The notes under the pieces: model-generated | What the model was told of the DNA's origin: nothing | Database searches by the model: none | The model's input: only the letters and a program-made list of their open reading frames with translations | NCBI GenBank assembly: GCA_016293065.1 | Contig: JAEDEY010000001.1 | Coordinates: 7,156-71,155 of the forward strand | Direction of reading: 5' to 3' | DNA: 64,000 nt | DNA from: Bacteroidales bacterium | GTDB taxonomy: Bacteria > Bacteroidota > Bacteroidia > Bacteroidales > UBA3663 | Translations under genes and position numbers: made by a program | Part shown: positions 9,262 to 18,383 of the stretch, piece after piece | Layout: every line of letters starts with the position of its first letter | How positions within the stretch are numbered: the stretch's first letter is position 1

Positions 9262-11373
9262 TCACAACGTGTAACTGCAACCGCGTGTTTCTTTGCTCTT
9301 GTATAGGTTTTTGTCGGCGATGCTGTATAGTTGGTCGAACGTGCAATCCGAGCCGTCACAGCGTGCAATACCCATGCTGATAGCTACGCGATAGTTTGGG
9401 TCGGCCTTGAGGTGAATGCCATGCACACGATTGAAAAACTTCTCTATCAAAGCCTCAAGTAGTTTTTGGTCGATGTTCTTGATGAAGATAGCAAACTCGT
9501 CACCACCCAGACGCATCACTATATTGCCTGAGAATTGCTTCTTGGCAGCAGCCGCGAGTTTGGCGAGACACTCGTCGCCTGAGGTATGTCCAAGTTCATC
9601 GTTGATAACCTTGAACTTGTCTATGTCGAATAGGCAGAAATAGCCTTTCGTGTTTCTGGCAAGCTGTTCGCGTATCTTGCTCTCGCCTCCAAAGCGATTG
9701 TTCACCTTGGTCAGATGGTCGTGTTTCGACGTGTGGTTGGCATTGATGAGCCAGACGAAGAGAATAGTTATCGTGATCACGGCACAAAGGATAAGTACGA
9801 TGTTGACTGTCGTGTGAGCCTTTTCTTGTTCGGCTTTGATGACAAGCATCCATTGTGCTTCCTTGTTTTCGCTTATCAGTTTCTCTACAGGGTCGATATA
9901 TCGGCGGTTGGCAATCAGATAGCCATTCGACGCATAGTTTTCATTGTCCTGTCGATATAGGCGAGAGCATATCACTATCGTGTCGCCATAACCCAATGCG
10001 TTGTCGTGTTTGAATGCCACGCTGTCATAGTCGGCAAGGTTATAGACCATGAGCGATTCGTCGCCCATCTCGAGTTCTGCCATGAGGAAAAGGCTGTCGC
10101 CCAACACATGGCGGTAGCCGATAATCACACCAGAGATGTTGTAGGCTTTTTCCGAAAACTCCCTGTCGCCCAATGTGCTGCAGATGCTATCTGCCTCGAA
10201 TGTGTTGATGACGCTCTCCTGTGCAGCCAGATTGTCAGAGGCAGAGGCAAAGCCTAACGACGGCACTATCGAGAGAAGTGCAATAAGCATCCATTGCGCA
10301 AAGTTGAAACTTCGCTTCTCGTTGTCCTGATCTACCAGAGTCAGGCAACATCCTTTGTGCTGCTTGCTCTCATACAGGCCTTTGTCGGCACGGATGTACA
10401 GGCTGTCGTAGTTGTCTTGTTTTGAGCCATTGTAGTATGTTGCTCCAGCACTTGATGTAATCTGCAGTTCTGAAAAACTGTCAATCTTGATATTTACCAC
10501 ATCGGCAAAGAATCTGTCAATGCGCTTGTGCAGAGTCGTTTCGTCGATACCTTCTATATAAATAGCAAACTCGTCGCCACCCATGCGCATGGTGATGTCG
10601 TCGGGAAAGTGTCTCTTGATAGTTTGTGCGAACTTGATGAGCAGCACATCGCCTGTGTCGTGACCATATCGGTCGTTGACACTCTTGAACTTATCGAGGT
10701 CGAGGATTATGAAATAGCCAGCTATTCGCGAGTTGATGGAATAGTTGAAATGCGCTTCGCCTCCCGATCGGTTGAAGAGCTTGGTGAGATAGTCTTGTTC
10801 CGAGCGCTTCGAAAGCGAATAAGCCCAGAAGATGAGGATGATGAACAATATGCCAGTGGCTATCACCATAATGCGCGTGAGGGTATTCTGTTGCGCCTTG
10901 TGCTGGTCGGTGGCAATCATCTGCCACTTCTGGTCGTGAGCCACGGCAAGAAGTTCGGGAGTGGGGTTCTTGTACTTTTTTAGCGAAATAAGATAGCCGT
11001 AATATGATGAGGCAATGCTGTCGTAGTTTTCAAGCCTTGTTCTAACCACCACCGTGTCGCCCACTCTGAGGTCATAGAAATGTTCGAAAGCAAGACTGTC
11101 GATGTTGGCCAGACGATAGAGGTAGAATATGCCGTTGTCGCAGATGATGTCGGCATTGACGAGCTTCAATCCGTGCATTGCCCTCACTACACCCGTGATG
11201 ACGCCTTCAACGTCGTATGTGTCTTTGGTGATTGTCCCACTGTCAAGTGTTTGGCACACGTTAATAGCTTCTTGTGCTGTAATGACTTTTGAGTATGAAT
11301 TGGAGAATACTGACAGCATAAGGCTCGCAATCAGTATCTGTATCAGTGTATGTGTGTGTTTCAGACGTTGCAT
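9262..11373 (-). CDS. Tandem-duplicated membrane sensor diguanylate cyclase: two [signal/TM - ~140 aa extracytoplasmic domain - TM - GGDEF] units in one ORF
   Basis: 703 aa with two GGDEF domains ('RMGGDEFAIYIEG' and 'RLGGDEFAIFIKN'). Each follows a hydrophobic helix and a similar N-terminal domain. The second unit starts at an internal Met (ATG at 10288-10290) with a signal-peptide-like 'MLIALLSIVPSLGFASA'. Confidence 0.8.
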   Translation of the reverse strand: MQRLKHTHTLIQILIASLMLSVFSNSYSKVITAQEAINVCQTLDSGTITKDTYDVEGVITGVVRAMHGLKLVNADIICDNGIFYLYRLANIDSLAFEHFYDLRVGDTVVVRTRLENYDSIASSYYGYLISLKKYKNPTPELLAVAHDQKWQMIATDQHKAQQNTLTRIMVIATGILFIILIFWAYSLSKRSEQDYLTKLFNRSGGEAHFNYSINSRIAGYFIILDLDKFKSVNDRYGHDTGDVLLIKFAQTIKRHFPDDITMRMGGDEFAIYIEGIDETTLHKRIDRFFADVVNIKIDSFSELQITSSAGATYYNGSKQDNYDSLYIRADKGLYESKQHKGCCLTLVDQDNEKRSFNFAQWMLIALLSIVPSLGFASASDNLAAQESVINTFEADSICSTLGDREFSEKAYNISGVIIGYRHVLGDSLFLMAELEMGDESLMVYNLADYDSVAFKHDNALGYGDTIVICSRLYRQDNENYASNGYLIANRRYIDPVEKLISENKEAQWMLVIKAEQEKAHTTVNIVLILCAVITITILFVWLINANHTSKHDHLTKVNNRFGGESKIREQLARNTKGYFCLFDIDKFKVINDELGHTSGDECLAKLAAAAKKQFSGNIVMRLGGDEFAIFIKNIDQKLLEALIEKFFNRVHGIHLKADPNYRVAISMGIARCDGSDCTFDQLYSIADKNLYKSKETRGCSYTL

Positions 11374-11406
11374 AAGTTTGTTGGCTAATTGTGCTGTAAT
11401 TCAATG

Positions 11407-11414
11407 CAAATATA
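11407..11414 (-). promoter_or_regulatory. -7 box TATATTTG (minus strand) upstream of the GGDEF gene
   Basis: The plus strand reads CAAATATA, 34 nt upstream of start 11373. Confidence 0.5.
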
Positions 11415-11540
11415 AGTATAATATTTAAGATGACAATCAACATCAATCTTATTTTTACAAAAATACCATAAATTTTTTTTGTTTTATTAATTTTTGGCTC
11501 TAAATCACACTTATTGTAAGCAATTTATCAAGAAAAACGA

Positions 11541-11574
11541 TAAAAAAAGCACGCCCAAAAAACAGAGCGTGCTT
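11541..11574 (-). terminator. Rho-independent terminator of pfp
   Basis: On the minus strand: stem AAGCACGC, 12-nt loop, stem GCGTGCTT, then a T-run (plus-strand A-run 11541-11548). It lies 24 nt after the pfp stop. Confidence 0.8.
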
Positions 11575-11597
11575 GATGTTTATCTCAGTCGAGGAGA

Positions 11598-13238
11598 TTA
11601 CTCCTGCTCGAGAGTCAGAGTTAGAGTTGGACGGTCGCAAACCTCTGATGGACCGAAGTACTGGATAGGACCAGGATATACGAAGTCGGTGTTGCGAGCC
11701 CACTCTGTGCGGTGACGCACGAAATACTTGTATGGCTTGCCTCCGAGCTCTACGAGAGCCTTGCGGATTACTGGCTTCATCTCGCCATTTCGCTTCTCCA
11801 TGTTCATCATCATAGTGATAGGAATACCACCTGCTACCCATTCGTCAACAGGCTTGAAGGTGTTCTTGATTGATGACATGTAACCAGTCTTGCCTGCAGC
11901 AATCAGCATTGATGCGTTGAAGCCGAGGCTGTAGCAGTAGTCAGCATCCCAGTTTGAAGGAGCTGCGCAGCGGCCTTCATAGCCGAAGAAGTGGTGCTGA
12001 GTAGCGAACTTGCCAGTGAAGATGCCGTCCTTCTTCCAGTCAGCGAGCTTCTTGGCAACCATCTCAGCGAGGAGCTGCTCTGTCTCGATGAGCGATACCT
12101 GTACGTTGCCGTGTGGGTCGCGCTCGAGGGCGAGCTGGCGTGATACTGAGAGTGGGAGGCTGCGGAAGATAGCAGCGTTCTCGTCAGAGAGGTGAGCAAG
12201 AACGTAGTCGATCTTGTGGTCGTCTGATACGAGGTCGAAGTCTGCCTGGTTGGCAGCGAGCATATCGTTGAGCTCTGCGATGAGCTTCTTGATGGCTGGG
12301 ATAAACTCGATGAGGCCTTCTGGAACGAGGACAACACCATAGTTCATGCCGAGGTTTGCACGGTCGCAAACTGCCTCTGCGATGTATGTTACAACGTCGT
12401 CGAGAGTCTGGTTCTTTGCCTCAACCTCCTCACCGATGAGGGTGATGTTAGGGTGAGTCTGGAGTGCACACTCGAGTGTAACGTGTGAAGCCGAACGACC
12501 CATGAGCTTAACGAAGTGCCAGTACTTCTTGGCTGAGTTACAGTCGCGCATGATGTTGCCGATAACCTCAGAATATACCTTAGTAGCTGTGTCGAAACCG
12601 AATGAAGCCTCGATAGCGTCGTTCTTCAAGTCACCGTCGATAGTCTTAGGACAGCCGATTACCTGTACGCCAGCACCAATCTGGGCATAGTACTCAGCGA
12701 GCACGCAAGCGTTGGTGTTCGAGTCGTCACCACCGATGATTACGAGAGCCTTGATGTCGAGAGCCTGAAGGATCTCAAGACCCTTGTCAAACTGAGCCTT
12801 CTTCTCGAGCTTTGTACGGCCAGAACCGATGATGTCGAAACCGCCAGTGTTGCGGTATTCGTCGATGATTTCGGCAGTGAGCTCCATGTACTTGTGGTCA
12901 ACGAGACCGCCAGGACCGAGAAGGAAGCCGTAGAGCTTGTTCTTAGGATTGAGCTTCTTGATACCGTCGAAGAGACCAGAGATGACGTTGTGTCCGCCAG
13001 GAGCCTGACCACCCGAGAGGATTACGCCGACGTTCATCTGTGTGTTGGCCATTGCCTCGTCTGTTGGCTCAAACTTGAGGTATGGCATACCGTATGTGTT
13101 AGGGAAGAGCTTCTGTACCTCTTCCTGATCTGCAACTGACTGTGTAGGTTCACCCTCTACAGCCTTGAGTGCGCCACGCAAAGCGATTGGGAGCTTTGGC
13201 TGATAAGCAGCGCGAGCGATTTGCAATGCACTTTTCAT
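11598..13238 (-). CDS. pfp: Diphosphate--fructose-6-phosphate 1-phosphotransferase (PPi-dependent phosphofructokinase)
   Basis: Motifs 'GGQAPGGHNVI', 'IIGGDDSNTNA' and 'PKTIDGDL', with the length class of long PPi-PFKs. The start is placed at the internal Met 'MKSALQIARAAY' (ORF-track arithmetic) rather than the TTG at 13280. Confidence 0.9.
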   Translation of the reverse strand: MKSALQIARAAYQPKLPIALRGALKAVEGEPTQSVADQEEVQKLFPNTYGMPYLKFEPTDEAMANTQMNVGVILSGGQAPGGHNVISGLFDGIKKLNPKNKLYGFLLGPGGLVDHKYMELTAEIIDEYRNTGGFDIIGSGRTKLEKKAQFDKGLEILQALDIKALVIIGGDDSNTNACVLAEYYAQIGAGVQVIGCPKTIDGDLKNDAIEASFGFDTATKVYSEVIGNIMRDCNSAKKYWHFVKLMGRSASHVTLECALQTHPNITLIGEEVEAKNQTLDDVVTYIAEAVCDRANLGMNYGVVLVPEGLIEFIPAIKKLIAELNDMLAANQADFDLVSDDHKIDYVLAHLSDENAAIFRSLPLSVSRQLALERDPHGNVQVSLIETEQLLAEMVAKKLADWKKDGIFTGKFATQHHFFGYEGRCAAPSNWDADYCYSLGFNASMLIAAGKTGYMSSIKNTFKPVDEWVAGGIPITMMMNMEKRNGEMKPVIRKALVELGGKPYKYFVRHRTEWARNTDFVYPGPIQYFGPSEVCDRPTLTLTLEQE

Positions 13239-13320
13239 CGAAATGTTATTGTTAATTAATTTTGGTTTAATGATAGTCAATTTTGTTTTGTATCGACGTG
13301 TTTTCTGATAAAACAGTGTG

Positions 13321-13328
13321 CAAATATA
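13321..13328 (-). promoter_or_regulatory. -7 box TATATTTG (minus strand) upstream of pfp
   Basis: The plus strand reads CAAATATA, in the divergent spacer between pfp and the ABC-F gene. Confidence 0.55.
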
Positions 13329-13423
13329 ATAAATTATTATTACCTTGCTATTGTTATTGCAAAATAAATGCGTTTTTCATCAAATATTTGTCTATTGTGT
13401 AATCTAAACTGAGAAAAAAATAT

Positions 13424-13431
13424 TATCTTTG
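13424..13431 (+). promoter_or_regulatory. -7 box TATCTTTG (followed by CGCGC) upstream of the ABC-F gene
   Basis: TAnnTTTG match 31 nt upstream of ATG 13462. Confidence 0.6.
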
Positions 13432-13461
13432 CGCGCATTTTATAATATCAAAGTATATCTA

Positions 13462-15246
13462 ATGGCAATATCATATCTGCAGGTCGATGGTCTCACCAAG
13501 TCGTTTGGCGATCTTGTGCTGTTCGAGAAGATCTCGCTCGGCATCAGTGAGGGCGACCGCGTGGGGCTTATCGCCAAGAACGGTGCAGGCAAGACCACGC
13601 TGCTCAGCATCCTTGCAGGCGACGAGGGTTACGACGAGGGCAGCGTCATCTATCGCAACGACCTCAGGGTCGAATATCTGAGCCAGGACCCGCAGTTTCC
13701 CGAGGGAGCTACGGTGGCTGATGTGTGCAACCAGGCTTCTGCCGAACTCGAACGCATTCTGACCAAGCTCAAGATCACCGACATGCACCAGCCAGTGAGC
13801 CAGATGAGCGGTGGTCAGCGCAAGCGTCTGGCTCTCGCTCACGTGCTCATCGATCAGCCTCAGCTGCTCATCCTCGACGAGCCTACCAACCACCTCGACC
13901 TCGAGATGGTGGAGTGGCTCGAAGACTATCTCAACCACACGTGCATGACGATCCTGATGGTGACCCACGACCGATACTTCCTCGACAACGTGTGCAACAG
14001 GATTGTCGAACTTGCAGACCGCACGCTCTATACCTACAAGGGCAACTATGCCTATTATCTTGAGAAACGTGAGGAGCGTATTGCCGTGCAGAACTCCAAT
14101 ATCGACCGTGCCAACAACCTCCTGCGAAAGGAGCTCGACTGGATGCGCCGCCAGCCTCAGGCTCGTGGCCACAAGAGCCGCAGCCGCATCGAGGCTTTCT
14201 ACGAACTCAAAGAGCGTGCCAAGCGCCGTCGCGAGCAGATGGAGGTGCGTCTTGCAACTCGCAGTTCATACATTGGCTCAAAGATCTTCACTGCCAAGAA
14301 TGTATATAAGAGTTTCGAGAGCCATACACCAGGACAGCCTGACAAGGTCATCCTGAAAGACTATAACTACATGTTCGCTCGTTATGAGAAGATGGGTATC
14401 ATTGGAAATAACGGCACGGGCAAATCCACTTTCCTGAAGCTGCTCCTCGGACAGATAGCTCCCGACAAGGGGCATTTCGACATTGGCGAGACTGTGCACT
14501 TCGGCTATTACTCGCAGGATGGCATGACGTTCGACAACCAGAAGAAGGTGATCGATGTGGTGCGCGACATTGCCGAATATGTCCAGATGAGCGATGGCTC
14601 GAAGATGGGTGTCTCGCAGTTCCTCCAGAACTTCCTCTTTCCGCCCGAGAAACAATATAATTATGTGTATAAGCTGTCGGGAGGAGAGAAGCGCCGCCTC
14701 TATCTCTGCACCGTGCTGATGCGTTCGCCAAATTTCCTCATTCTCGATGAGCCGACCAACGACCTAGACATCGTGACGCTCAATGTGCTCGAAGAGTATC
14801 TTGCCAATTTCGGCGGCTGCGTCATAGTGGTGAGCCACGACCGCTATTTTATGGACAAGGTGGTCGATCATCTGCTTGTGATGAAGGGCGATGGCGAACT
14901 TCAGGACTATCCAGGCAACTACTCCGACTATCGCGAGTGGCGCGAACTGAAAGAGGCTGAGGCTAAAGGCTTGCCCGACAAGACGGAGAAGTTGGCCGAG
15001 ACCAAAACCGTGAAGATAAAGACTGAGAAAGCCCCGAAACTCACGTTCAAGGAGAAGGAGGAGCTGAAACAACTCGAAATCGACCTGCCAAAGCTCGAAG
15101 CAGAGAAGGCTGAGCTCGAAGCTGCCATGTCGAGCGGAACACTCTCTACTGACGAGCTCTTGGCCAAAGGACAGCGTATGCAGGAGGTCATCGACTTGCT
15201 CGACGAAAAGGAGATGCGATGGCTCGAACTTTCTGAGATTTCTTAA
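13462..15246 (+). CDS. ABC-F family ATPase (soluble, two ABC domains)
   Basis: Two Walker A motifs ('AKNGAGKTT', 'GNNGTGKST') and two signatures ('MSGGQRKRLAL', 'LSGGEKRRLYL'). No TM domain. K/E-rich coiled-coil tail. ATG 13462 begins 'MAISYLQVDGLTKSF'. Confidence 0.9.
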   Translation: MAISYLQVDGLTKSFGDLVLFEKISLGISEGDRVGLIAKNGAGKTTLLSILAGDEGYDEGSVIYRNDLRVEYLSQDPQFPEGATVADVCNQASAELERILTKLKITDMHQPVSQMSGGQRKRLALAHVLIDQPQLLILDEPTNHLDLEMVEWLEDYLNHTCMTILMVTHDRYFLDNVCNRIVELADRTLYTYKGNYAYYLEKREERIAVQNSNIDRANNLLRKELDWMRRQPQARGHKSRSRIEAFYELKERAKRRREQMEVRLATRSSYIGSKIFTAKNVYKSFESHTPGQPDKVILKDYNYMFARYEKMGIIGNNGTGKSTFLKLLLGQIAPDKGHFDIGETVHFGYYSQDGMTFDNQKKVIDVVRDIAEYVQMSDGSKMGVSQFLQNFLFPPEKQYNYVYKLSGGEKRRLYLCTVLMRSPNFLILDEPTNDLDIVTLNVLEEYLANFGGCVIVVSHDRYFMDKVVDHLLVMKGDGELQDYPGNYSDYREWRELKEAEAKGLPDKTEKLAETKTVKIKTEKAPKLTFKEKEELKQLEIDLPKLEAEKAELEAAMSSGTLSTDELLAKGQRMQEVIDLLDEKEMRWLELSEIS

Positions 15247-15257
15247 TTTTTATTTTT

Positions 15258-15289
15258 GGAGATAACACAATCTAACTCTCATTAACTCC
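15258..15289. repeat. Intergenic hairpin built from family words GGAGATAAC ... TTAACTCC
   Basis: GGAGATAA (15258-15265) pairs with TTAACTCC (15282-15289) with one mismatch. It lies 12 nt after the ABC-F stop. Confidence 0.6.
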
Positions 15290-15308
15290 CTAAAAATAAA
15301 CAGAATAT

Positions 15309-16904
15309 ATGAAAAAGATAACTTTGTTCTTCCTTGCCTTGGTTCTTGTCGCTGCTATGCCCCTGAACCTTGACGCAAAGAAGAAAAGCAAGAAGGAAAA
15401 AGAAACTGCTGTGTTCGATGGCAAGGCTGAGTTCCGTGGCGCGTGGATCCAGACGGCTTGGCAAGACCGCTACCAGCGCATGACACCCGATCAGTGCAAG
15501 GCCTATCTCACCTCGTTGGTCGATATGCTTCATCAGACGGGCTTCAATGCCGTGATCTTCCAGGTTCGCCCCGAGGGCGATGCTTTCTACCAGAGCCACT
15601 ACGAGCCGTGGAGCCGTTTTCTCACAGGCAAGCAGGGCAAAGCACCTGTGCCTCTGTGGGATCCGATGGACTATATGATCAAGCTCTGCCACGACCGTCA
15701 GATGGAGTTCCATGCGTGGATCAACCCATATCGCGTCTCGACCTCCAAGAGTCTCACGATGGATCGTCAGCACATCTATCGCCAGCATCCCGAATGGTTT
15801 GTCGAGTATGACAACAAGCTCTATTTCAACCCAGGATTGCCCGAGAGCCGTGCGTTCATCCGTTCGGTGGTCAAGGATATTGTCAGTCGCTACGATGTCG
15901 ATGCCATCCACATGGACGATTATTTCTATCCTTATCCAGTGGCAGGCAAGGTGTTCGACGACCAAAGGGCTTTTCAGACCTATGCTCCCGAATTGGGCAT
16001 CGACACCACTCAGCCCGACGCTCTGAGCAATTTCCGCCGCCGTAATGTCGATATCCTCATCAAGACAGTCAACGAAGACATCAAGTTCCTGAAGCCGTGG
16101 GTGCGCTTCGGCATCAGTCCGTTCGGCATCTATCGCAACAAAGGCTCGTGGGAAGGCGGTTCAGAGACAGGCGGCACTCAGTGCTACGACGACCTCTATG
16201 CCGATGTGCTTCTGTGGGCTCGCAGCGGCTGGGTCGATTATCTCATCCCTCAGGTCTATTGGGAGATTGGCCACAGGCTTGCCGACTATAGCACTTTAGT
16301 CAAGTGGTGGAGCGACAATGTGCCTGCGTCTTGCCACCTCTATATCGGCCAAAGCATCGAACGTTCGCTCGATGGCGCTGCCAGCAGTGCCAATACGCCG
16401 AGCCTCAGTCAGAGCCACAATCAGTTCGCCAATAAGCTGAGTTTGGCATACAGCTCGGGCAAGGTCAGGGGCAACTGCTACTGGTATGCCTATCAGATCG
16501 AAGATAATCAGTTTGGCGTGCGCGACTATCTGTGCCAAAGTGTCTTCGTCAACAAGGCTCTGCTCCCTGCCTACGCCAATCTCGACAAGAAGGCTCCCGG
16601 GAAAGTGAAGAAAATCGATGCGACTCTTGCCAACCATCAACTGACACTGACTTGGACTGTTGACGAGACCGACGATTATGCTCAAAGGCCTCATTACTTC
16701 AATGTCTATCGCTTTGTCAAGGGCGAGAAGGCGAAGGTCAAGGATTGCTCACATCTGATCGGACAGACCAACGAGCCTTGCTTTGTCGATGCTACCATCG
16801 AGATTCCTCAGACCTATACCTATGTCATCACTGCTGTCGATGCTTTCAACAACGAGGGTAGTGGCGCAAAGAAGGCATTCAAACTAAAACGTAGCAAGAA
16901 ATGA
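15309..16904 (+). CDS. Secreted glycosyl-hydrolase-like family 10 (GHL10/DUF187, YngK-like) protein
   Basis: Signal peptide 'MKKITLFFLALVLVAAMP'. Motifs 'FRGAWIQTAW', 'FNAVIFQVRPEGDAFY' and 'FHAWINPYR'. C-terminal beta-sandwich-like tail. Confidence 0.7.
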   Translation: MKKITLFFLALVLVAAMPLNLDAKKKSKKEKETAVFDGKAEFRGAWIQTAWQDRYQRMTPDQCKAYLTSLVDMLHQTGFNAVIFQVRPEGDAFYQSHYEPWSRFLTGKQGKAPVPLWDPMDYMIKLCHDRQMEFHAWINPYRVSTSKSLTMDRQHIYRQHPEWFVEYDNKLYFNPGLPESRAFIRSVVKDIVSRYDVDAIHMDDYFYPYPVAGKVFDDQRAFQTYAPELGIDTTQPDALSNFRRRNVDILIKTVNEDIKFLKPWVRFGISPFGIYRNKGSWEGGSETGGTQCYDDLYADVLLWARSGWVDYLIPQVYWEIGHRLADYSTLVKWWSDNVPASCHLYIGQSIERSLDGAASSANTPSLSQSHNQFANKLSLAYSSGKVRGNCYWYAYQIEDNQFGVRDYLCQSVFVNKALLPAYANLDKKAPGKVKKIDATLANHQLTLTWTVDETDDYAQRPHYFNVYRFVKGEKAKVKDCSHLIGQTNEPCFVDATIEIPQTYTYVITAVDAFNNEGSGAKKAFKLKRSKK

Positions 16905-17755
16905 GAATACTGATAGCCGATAGCGGAAGCACCAAGACCTCGTGGATGCTGGTCGAGGTCAGTCAGGACGCGCCCACAGTGCAGCGTGCCTACCATACGA
17001 TGGGACTCAACCCCTTGTTCACCAAGCCCAAACAGATCTCAGGCACATTGTCCGAGGTGCTGTCAGCCTTTGGTATCGACACTGTCGATGCCCTCTATTT
17101 CTATGGTGCCGGCTGCCGCGACCAACGCTGCTCGATTGTCCGGAAGTCGCTCGCCTCTGTCTTGCCATCGTCAGCGGTTGTCAAGGTCGCAAGCGATATC
17201 GAGGGAGCTTGTCGCGCCATGGGCGACGGGATATGCTGCATCATGGGCACTGGCTCAGTCGCAGCCTTCTTCGAAGCCGAAACCGACACTGTGTGCAATT
17301 TCCTTTCCTTAGGCTATATCCTTGGCGATGAGGGTAGTGGCGCATATTTCGGACGTCAGGTTTTGTCCGACTATCTGAAATCTGAAATGCCTCGTAAAGT
17401 TCGCAAGGTGTTTGAAGAAGATTTCGGAGAGATCTCTCATCAGGAAGCCATTGCTCATGTCTATCAGGGTCAGTTCCCCAATCGCTATCTCGCCTCATTC
17501 GCCCCTTTCATAGGCCGCCATCTTTCTCTTGGCTATTGCCATAAGGTTGCGCTCCAAGGCATCAGGGCGTTCTTCAAGCGTAACGTCATGCACCTTCATC
17601 CCAAACCCACCGACCGCATCTCTTTTGTCGGCTCTGTGGCATTCCATCTCCAGGATGTCATCCGCGAAGTGGCTTCATGCTACCGACTTCAGGTAGGCAC
17701 CTTCCTCCAAAACCCAATCGACGGACTTGTGGAATATCATAAGATTAATCATTAG
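16901..17755 (+). CDS. BadF/BadG/BcrA/BcrD-type ATPase (N-acetylglucosamine-kinase-like)
   Basis: N-terminal 'ILIADSGSTKTSW' phosphate-1 motif, 'GTGS' and 'LGDEGSG'. The 4-nt ATGA overlap with the upstream gene suggests an operon. Confidence 0.7.
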   Translation: MRILIADSGSTKTSWMLVEVSQDAPTVQRAYHTMGLNPLFTKPKQISGTLSEVLSAFGIDTVDALYFYGAGCRDQRCSIVRKSLASVLPSSAVVKVASDIEGACRAMGDGICCIMGTGSVAAFFEAETDTVCNFLSLGYILGDEGSGAYFGRQVLSDYLKSEMPRKVRKVFEEDFGEISHQEAIAHVYQGQFPNRYLASFAPFIGRHLSLGYCHKVALQGIRAFFKRNVMHLHPKPTDRISFVGSVAFHLQDVIREVASCYRLQVGTFLQNPIDGLVEYHKINH

Positions 17756-17779
17756 GAGTTAGCTTCCATCAACACCCCC
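17755..17779. repeat. Single repeat unit GGAGTTAGC-N8-AACACCCCC
   Basis: The same 23-nt unit occurs in inverted orientation at 41385-41407 (reverse complement GGAGTTAGCGGAAGATAACACCC). Confidence 0.55.
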
Positions 17780-17792
17780 AATAATAAATAAT

Positions 17793-18164
17793 ATGCGTGC
17801 TTTATTGACAGTCGTTTTTCTGATCATTTCGAATGTCTTCATGACCTTCGCCTGGTATGGCAACCTCAAGCTCCAGCAGTTGCATCCTTCGGTCAAAGAC
17901 TGGCCGCTGATCCTCGTCATCCTCATGAGCTGGGGAATGGCTCTGCTCGAATATTCCTTCATGATTCCAGCCAACCGTATAGGCTCCCAGATTAATGGCG
18001 GCCCCTATTCGCTGATGCAGCTCAAGATCATTCAGGAGGCTGTCTCGCTCATCGTCTTCACCGTCATCGTCGCCACCGTCTTCAAGGGCGAACCCATCCA
18101 CTGGAATCACCTTGTAGCCTTCGTATTAGTCCTCTTAGCCGTCTTCTTCGCTTTCCTGAAATAA
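17793..18164 (+). CDS. Small DMT-superfamily membrane protein (DUF486-like)
   Basis: 123 aa with four predicted TM helices. The N-terminus 'LLTVVFLIISNVFMTFAWYGNLK' is typical of this family as I recall it. Confidence 0.6.
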   Translation: MRALLTVVFLIISNVFMTFAWYGNLKLQQLHPSVKDWPLILVILMSWGMALLEYSFMIPANRIGSQINGGPYSLMQLKIIQEAVSLIVFTVIVATVFKGEPIHWNHLVAFVLVLLAVFFAFLK

Positions 18165-18169
18165 GTTGA

Positions 18170-18215
18170 AACCAGCTGTCTTTGCAAGGTGCAAGGGCAG
18201 CTGGTTTTAGATTTC
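18170..18215 (+). terminator. Hairpin terminator candidate after the DMT gene
   Basis: AACCAGCTG (18170-18178) pairs with CAGCTGGTT (18198-18206), followed by the T-rich TTAGATTTCTTTG. Confidence 0.5.
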
Positions 18216-18232
18216 TTTGTCGAATACTATGA

Positions 18233-18381
18233 AAGGTTATGGTGTTAAGGTGTTCATTGCCACTACATAAAACTCTGCACAAGACAAAAACTCTGCTGAA
18301 GACCTTGAACACCTTAACACCTTCACAAGCTCAGTGCCTTAACACCTTCACACCTTAACATCATCACGCCTTCACGTCTCA
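18233..18381. repeat. Composite repeat: 16-bp perfect inverted repeat plus an array of CCTTNACA octamers
   Basis: GGTGTTAAGGTGTTCA (18241-18256) is the exact reverse complement of TGAACACCTTAACACC (18306-18321). The 16-mer CCTTAACACCTTCACA occurs twice (18312-18327, 18337-18352). Further CCTTAACA / CCTTCAC copies run up to the ATG at 18384. Confidence 0.85.
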
Positions 18382-18383
18382 CG

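Noticed and set aside
11500-11841. 113-aa ORF overlapping the pfp 3' end and its terminator
   Set aside because: It is out of frame with the 3' end of pfp and spans its terminator hairpin. There are no motifs and no promoter.
13429-13461. Upstream start for the ABC-F gene, and similar upstream starts for miaA (3120), recQ (30076), dnaJ (40179) and the exporter (24705)
   Set aside because: These extensions fall in AT-rich promoter DNA or overlap the preceding gene. The conserved N-terminal motifs begin right after the internal ATGs chosen.
18312-18352. Direct 16-bp repeats considered as a mini CRISPR array
   Set aside because: There are only two full copies, with a 9-nt spacer-like gap. The repeats are too short and overlap an octamer array. 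No cas genes are present. They belong to the dispersed palindromic word family.
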